Assembly: GCA_052146735.1 (NCBI GenBank)
Contig: JBKQMK010000202.1
Location: 4,633-36,632 of the forward strand
Length of the DNA stretch: 32,000 bases
Direction of reading: 5' to 3'
DNA from: Desulfomonilaceae bacterium
GTDB taxonomy: Bacteria > Desulfobacterota > Desulfomonilia > Desulfomonilales > Desulfomonilaceae
The notes beneath the pieces are model-generated. The model did no database searches. It had not been told where the DNA came from and was given only the letters and a program-made list of their open reading frames with translations. The first letter of the stretch is position 1, and the number at the start of each line of letters is the position of its first letter. Shown in pieces: positions 27,544 to 32,000 of the stretch. A program made the position numbers and the translations under genes.

Positions 27544-27810
27544 CTACGCTCCCTTTCCCTTCACCGGTGCCAGCTCGGCCTGCACTTCAGATCTTGCCTC
27601 GGCTGCTAGATCCTCCACCACTTCAGCGACCTCGGCGATCATCTCTCGACTTTTTTCGTAAAGCATAATGCCGCCCTTCATGGCTGCCTTTGCCACCGGC
27701 TTCGCGGCGGCCGCTATCATGGGAATTACCACGGGGGCTACTAGTAATCCTACGCCGATCGCGAGACCGGTCCACAAATCCGCTTTAGGTCTATAATCCC
27801 AAATTGCCAT
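27544..27810 (-). CDS. DUF5132-like small membrane protein, copy B
   Basis: GGGGAGG lies 9 nt before ATG 27810; ATG 27819 directly abuts the SD. MAIWDYRPKADLWTGLAIGVGLLVAPVVIPMIAAAAKPVAKAAMKGGIMLYEKSREMIAEVAEVVEDLAAEARSEV. Confidence 0.7.
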   Translation of the reverse strand: MAIWDYRPKADLWTGLAIGVGLLVAPVVIPMIAAAAKPVAKAAMKGGIMLYEKSREMIAEVAEVVEDLAAEARSEVQAELAPVKGKGA

Positions 27811-28129
27811 TTGACGCATCCTCCCCTTCAGTTATTCTTAGCACTACTCCCACCGTAATAGGTTAGCGCATTGTTCAGAATATGTCTACTTTGTTAGTGC
27901 TGTATTAGAGTTGTGTTAAAAATCGCAGTTCGGCAAACTTTTTCGGTAATCGTTCACCAGGAAATCAGTTTACCCGGTTTTGCAACGCGACCAATCTCCG
28001 CGCCGATCACCCAATGCGCTATGGACGGCTAATTTTCTTGAAAGGTCGCGATGTCTCCTCCGGGACCATGCCAAGAGCGGCCGAGGCAGGCTATCCAAGG
28101 TCGGGATCAATCAGGCTATCCGGCTGCCT

Positions 28130-28249
28130 TTATGAACATAGCCTCCACATGCCGGAGAATGAGACTGCGGTGAGGAGAATGAAAACCACGAGGGACGTGA
28201 TAACCACAACGGCAAAGCCCGCAAGCGCAATCACTCCAAGCCGTTTCAT
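28130..28249 (-). CDS. Unannotated 39-aa hydrophobic single-TM peptide (below the ORF-track size cutoff)
   Basis: The minus strand reads AAGGAGGAAAC-ATG, then MKRLGVIALAGFAVVVITSLVVFILLTAVSFSGMWRLCS and a stop. Strong SD at ideal spacing. Lies ~320 nt upstream of the DUF5132-like/HMA-like/ATPase operon on the same strand. Confidence 0.4.
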   Translation of the reverse strand: MKRLGVIALAGFAVVVITSLVVFILLTAVSFSGMWRLCS

Positions 28250-28510
28250 GTTTCCTCCTTATGCGTGCTGAAAATCGAGCTAATAAGTCGCACGCATGCA
28301 GATTCCACATCCTGACTGGATTAGAGGCGGCGCGATGTGAGCCCAATAAACTGAGCTGCCCTGTTTCCGTCTCTGGCCAGAGATGCGAATTGGCTACACC
28401 ATTCTCGATCAGGAGTATTGGGCGAAGATTATGGAGAGATTAAAAGATCGTTAGGACAGAGAGACTTCGCGTACAACCAATGCGTTGTCGAACAAGAGAG
28501 TTCTCAAGGG

Positions 28511-29560
28511 CTATACCCGGTCTTCAACCACGTGAAAGGACATCGTGCACGCTGTTACCATGCTTCTTCCGGAGAATAGCAATCCGGTCCAACCGAGTGC
28601 CTGCAAAAATAGGATCACAGCCGGGTCCCACAGTGTCGCAATGCCCATGCCCAGATTGGCGGCCGGGATCAATCGTCCCGGAGCGCTCCAGCCAACCAAC
28701 AGAAAGACATACACGATCGCCGCCATGCTCATGATCTGATAGGCGCTAACCTTGCCACCTCCCCGGTAATCGGCTCTGAGAAGCTCGGATACGGGTCTCC
28801 AAGCTTGGGTAGTTACTATCACCAGGATGAGCGCCGCAGAATAGCACCCCTTCAAGTAAAGAAAGATTGCAGCAAGGCTTACAGCCAGGTGCAATATAGC
28901 CGTGATGGCCTGTATGGGAATAACTTCGGTTCCGTCCAGACCTCCTTCGTAGGCTATCTTCTTGGTCTTACCTGAAAAGACGAAAGGATGACGACCTACG
29001 ATGCGCCGAATCCAGGGCCCACATTGAGACAAAGGTTTTCCGTAGCAACAACCGAAGCTTATACACGCCAAACGTCCTAAACCTTCTCCCAATCCGTATG
29101 ATATGGAAATGGACGCAAGTGCAGGAATCATGGGAACAGGATTCTTCCACCCAGAGGCAATGTCAACAATCCACAAAATGGCTGGAGTCACCAGAAAGCC
29201 CACAAAGGATGCGCCACCTATTGTGAGCGTGTGAGGCTTCTTCTCGACTGTCCGTGCTATGAACTTTGAGGCAGGAAGACAGACAGTGAGGACCATGCAC
29301 ATAATTATCCCTGTCACAGTCGCGGACACTCCGATTGCGCCCAACAGAATAAACGTGATCGCCGCGGCCACCATGATCGCCGCGGCACTGAAAAATCCAT
29401 AGTATGTGAAATTTAATCCTCTCCACCTGTTTCCCTCTTCTTTGGCCACAGGAATCGTTGCCATGATTTGCCATTTTTCTTGCGGCAAAGTCTGGAAAGC
29501 CCACCGGAGTACCAATGCGAAAAAGATTGCCAGGCCCAACACGAACGACTCATCTGACAT
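28511..29560 (-). CDS. Lgt-like (prolipoprotein diacylglyceryl transferase family) polytopic membrane protein
   Basis: AGGGAG lies 7 nt before ATG 29560. About 8 hydrophobic segments. The motif GEGLGRLACISFGCCYGKP resembles the Lgt-family R-x-G-C/N...GCCxGxP block. The family call is from memory of the motif only. Confidence 0.6.
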   Translation of the reverse strand: MSDESFVLGLAIFFALVLRWAFQTLPQEKWQIMATIPVAKEEGNRWRGLNFTYYGFFSAAAIMVAAAITFILLGAIGVSATVTGIIMCMVLTVCLPASKFIARTVEKKPHTLTIGGASFVGFLVTPAILWIVDIASGWKNPVPMIPALASISISYGLGEGLGRLACISFGCCYGKPLSQCGPWIRRIVGRHPFVFSGKTKKIAYEGGLDGTEVIPIQAITAILHLAVSLAAIFLYLKGCYSAALILVIVTTQAWRPVSELLRADYRGGGKVSAYQIMSMAAIVYVFLLVGWSAPGRLIPAANLGMGIATLWDPAVILFLQALGWTGLLFSGRSMVTACTMSFHVVEDRV

Positions 29561-29644
29561 TCCACCACTCCCTTTAGATCGCTTTTGGCATGAAATGATT
29601 TGTGCATCCGTACGCAGCAGGCAGATCACTCAGAAGCATGTTTT

Positions 29645-30655
29645 TCACTCTCCTCGTGTAATGCTGGTGCCGATTGTAGATCGCACCTTCAAGTCGGTTT
29701 CCACCAACGGCCGGCCGAAGCCTATGGAAAACCGACTTTGCACGCCGTACAGACGCAAATTACGCAAAAGATCCTCTGCAAACTTAATCCGCCCCTGCTG
29801 AAACAAGACCACATCAGTGCTGCTACCAGGCCGATACTGGCTCTTGGGTAATCCTTTCCCCAGAAACATGCCCGGTTCCACCGGTCGTGGATTTTCGTAT
29901 CGGGTTTCGCTGTAGGCCTGAACGATGTCACCGATCATCAGAGCCACGACTTCTATCATTGCAACAAAGCCGACGCCTGTTCCGCCCTGGACGTCCGTAT
30001 CTATGATGGTGACTACGCGCCTGTTTTTTGAAAATGGCGTCACAAGAGCAACTACTGCACCAGGGTTGCAGGAATGATAGTCTCCGGGGATTTCAAATAT
30101 ATCCACCACTTGCCCGGCCACAGGTGTGTGGTTGTAATGATATTTGTCCGGTGTCAACCTGAAGACCGCAAAATCTCCATTAAGGAACGCTCTGTTCCAT
30201 TCCGGCTTGTCCCGACTGAGAAGTTCTTCAAGATCGAAAAACTTTTCTTTGAGAAACAAGCTGGAACTCTCGCTCAAAGAGCCGATTATGACCCTGGAAT
30301 CCGCCGGAGACACTACGGTCACCGGCCGTTCATCCATGGATCGGCACTCCCAATATCGGATTTGACGTTCAAAGACCTTTCTCAAGGTCGTCAAACTTTC
30401 GGGCTCAACGCATTCCGCTAGGTCTACGCCGTATTTCTTCAGTGAGGCCCCGGCCCGATTAGCGAGACGAGCATCGTATTGTATGGACGCGAGCAGCCGA
30501 GACGTGCGGGCGCTGGTGAGGGCTTTGAAAAGAAACGGAGCTCTTTCTCTGCATACTGAGTACATCAGTCGGACAGCTTTGTCTCCAATGAGCCTCTCGG
30601 TGCAAACCTTCCCGGACTCTCTGTCCACGAACTGGTGCTGCATGGCCGCGATCAT
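29645..30655 (-). CDS. Phosphatidylserine decarboxylase family protein (long type)
   Basis: VVSPADSRVIIG, FAVFRLTPDKYHYNHTPVAGQVVDI and YRPGSSTDVVLFQ (GS[ST] pyruvoyl self-cleavage motif). ATG 30655 is 4 nt after the stop of the upstream gene. The track start at 30691 is probably too long. Confidence 0.8.
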   Translation of the reverse strand: MIAAMQHQFVDRESGKVCTERLIGDKAVRLMYSVCRERAPFLFKALTSARTSRLLASIQYDARLANRAGASLKKYGVDLAECVEPESLTTLRKVFERQIRYWECRSMDERPVTVVSPADSRVIIGSLSESSSLFLKEKFFDLEELLSRDKPEWNRAFLNGDFAVFRLTPDKYHYNHTPVAGQVVDIFEIPGDYHSCNPGAVVALVTPFSKNRRVVTIIDTDVQGGTGVGFVAMIEVVALMIGDIVQAYSETRYENPRPVEPGMFLGKGLPKSQYRPGSSTDVVLFQQGRIKFAEDLLRNLRLYGVQSRFSIGFGRPLVETDLKVRSTIGTSITRGE

Positions 30656-30659
30656 ATAT

Positions 30660-32000
30660 TCACAACCCCTTTGAAGCGCAGACGCTTTCATGGTGTACGG
30701 TGACCAGAACCAGGTCGATGAGTGCCTTCAACACTTCAAGAGACGCAACATCGTTAAGCACATCATTTTGAACGGTGGTGAGAAATTCGCAGACCCCTTG
30801 GTCTTTTGTAGAATATGAAAGGGCTTCTCTATAATCTCTTGCGGATTCGGCCGAGCCCGATTCCATCGCTAGAAGATCTTCGTGCAGGAAACGCAAGGCT
30901 TCGACCATGTGCCGTTTCTTCAGGACCGTCCTATAGTAGCGTTCCGAAGCCAGGTTGAATTCATCTGCGGTCAAATTCATGGGAGAGTCCGCACCGGTGG
31001 ACTCGAGTATGCCGCTAGTCAATTTTCCTGCGGCTGAAAATTCTTGGGGATTCTCCAGCCTGGCCTTGAGATCCTCCACAGTGTCTTCCAAATGAAGAGT
31101 TTCGATCAGGTCAGACGCTTCATGCATGAGGAGATCGACCAAAGCCAGCCGATATTGTCGGTTGTACACTCTCAAGTACCCAGGATAGCGTCGACTGTAT
31201 CGCGCTCCTCTCGTGCGTTTCATGATGCTTTTCATGAACAAATTTCGAGTGTCATTGAAAATAAAAAAAGTTGGCAGTCCGATAGCGGAGCCGAAAAACA
31301 TTTGCCTGCGTTCACTTTCCGTAAAGGGGTCGTCGGGAATGTGGGAATGCGTGATCTTGCCTTGAAGCACCAATTTGTAGGCCAGAGCGGTCACCAGGGT
31401 TTGCAGATTGGTAGCATCAGCCATGTCGTGCTCGATGCTTTCAAACAGGCTGTAATGACGTCCCTCGAATCCCGAGAAGCCTACCTTTCTGAATTCTCGA
31501 AGTCGATAGAGCAGGTAGAGTGACATTTCCTGGTCAAACACGCCCAGGTCGGAGAGGTCCTTTTTTAAGCGTTCTTCATTTCCGAGTTTGCCATCAAGTG
31601 CGGGGCTTCTTTCGGTGCTCCTCAGCGTGACCAGATAGTCGAGGAGCCTGAAATCAGCGACAAAGTCCCCTTTCACCCGAAAAAGGCGGCTAATTGTTTT
31701 GTCGAGAAAATCGACGCCGAAAGGTGTCACCGGCCGACCTAATATTTTCAGCGTCGCTTTATTTTTCCACCGCCGCCAGATCATTCTCAAATGGGTGTAG
31801 TCAAGTTCGTGAGGCAAAAAGCCGAGAACCTTTTCCGGATGAAAATCTACGAAATCGAGTCTGTACGGCGCTGCGCTGTATGTCCCCACGAAGAGCGGGA
31901 GAAAGTGTTCTACTATCTTGATTACCAGGTCCCCCAAGAATTTTTCATGAGCCGCTGTGAATCCCGAAGTTTCGTCTGCGAGATGGGCTGTGAGCTTGGC
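30660..32000 (-). CDS. Large conserved-looking hypothetical protein (>446 aa, N-terminus beyond the right window edge), soluble, no family recognised
   Basis: The frame stays open upstream of the track start (TTG 31937) to nt 32000 (AKLTAHLADETSGFTAAHEKFLGDLVIK...). No TM segments. Distinctive blocks are GFSGFEGRHYSLFESIEHDMADATNLQTLVTALAYKLVL and ERRQMFFGSAIGLPTFFIFND. Tightly linked to the PSD-family gene. Confidence 0.65.
   Translation of the reverse strand, partial: AKLTAHLADETSGFTAAHEKFLGDLVIKIVEHFLPLFVGTYSAAPYRLDFVDFHPEKVLGFLPHELDYTHLRMIWRRWKNKATLKILGRPVTPFGVDFLDKTISRLFRVKGDFVADFRLLDYLVTLRSTERSPALDGKLGNEERLKKDLSDLGVFDQEMSLYLLYRLREFRKVGFSGFEGRHYSLFESIEHDMADATNLQTLVTALAYKLVLQGKITHSHIPDDPFTESERRQMFFGSAIGLPTFFIFNDTRNLFMKSIMKRTRGARYSRRYPGYLRVYNRQYRLALVDLLMHEASDLIETLHLEDTVEDLKARLENPQEFSAAGKLTSGILESTGADSPMNLTADEFNLASERYYRTVLKKRHMVEALRFLHEDLLAMESGSAESARDYREALSYSTKDQGVCEFLTTVQNDVLNDVASLEVLKALIDLVLVTVHHESVCASKGL

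Noticed and set aside
28371-28382. Perfect 12-bp palindrome CTCTGGCCAGAG upstream of the 39-aa peptide ORF.
   Set aside because: Several 12-bp perfect palindromes are expected by chance in 32 kb. There is no second copy and no flanking conservation to support an operator call.

Overview
The window is 32 kb of bacterial chromosome, about 50% GC, densely coding, with Shine-Dalgarno-led genes. Family names come from motifs I recognise by eye; no database search was run.

Two open frames run off the window edges and are missing from the ORF track:
- A molybdopterin oxidoreductase at 1-995 (-).
- A large unknown protein at 30660-32000 (-).

Left two thirds, mostly phosphorus acquisition and lipid genes:
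- A PAS hybrid histidine kinase.
- Two paralogous PstS-like orphan binding proteins flanking a decayed IS1380-type transposase remnant.
- A DJ-1/PfpI protein.
- An orphan pstS.
- A probable lipid operon: SAM methyltransferase, small phosphatidylserine-decarboxylase (PSD)-family protein, PHP-GT4 fusion, TVP38/DedA-like protein.
- A LysR regulator followed by a ptxABCD-like phosphite uptake and oxidation operon. A 57-nt regulatory module is duplicated in front of the regulator and in front of the operon.

Right third, the most unusual part, is one long minus-strand block:
- Unknown protein, second PSD-family protein, Lgt-like membrane protein.
- An unannotated 39-aa hydrophobic peptide.
- A DUF5132-like protein and a Cys-less HMA-like membrane protein.
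- A SERCA-like P2-type ATPase carrying the same HMA-like domain at its N-terminus.
- A divergent MetK whose start overlaps the ATPase stop (ATGA).
- Beside this block, further copies of the HMA-like and DUF5132-like proteins and two more small proteins.

I regard this ATPase, HMA-like and DUF5132-like module as the best candidate for an uncharacterised system. I found no rRNA, tRNA, CRISPR array or intact mobile element.
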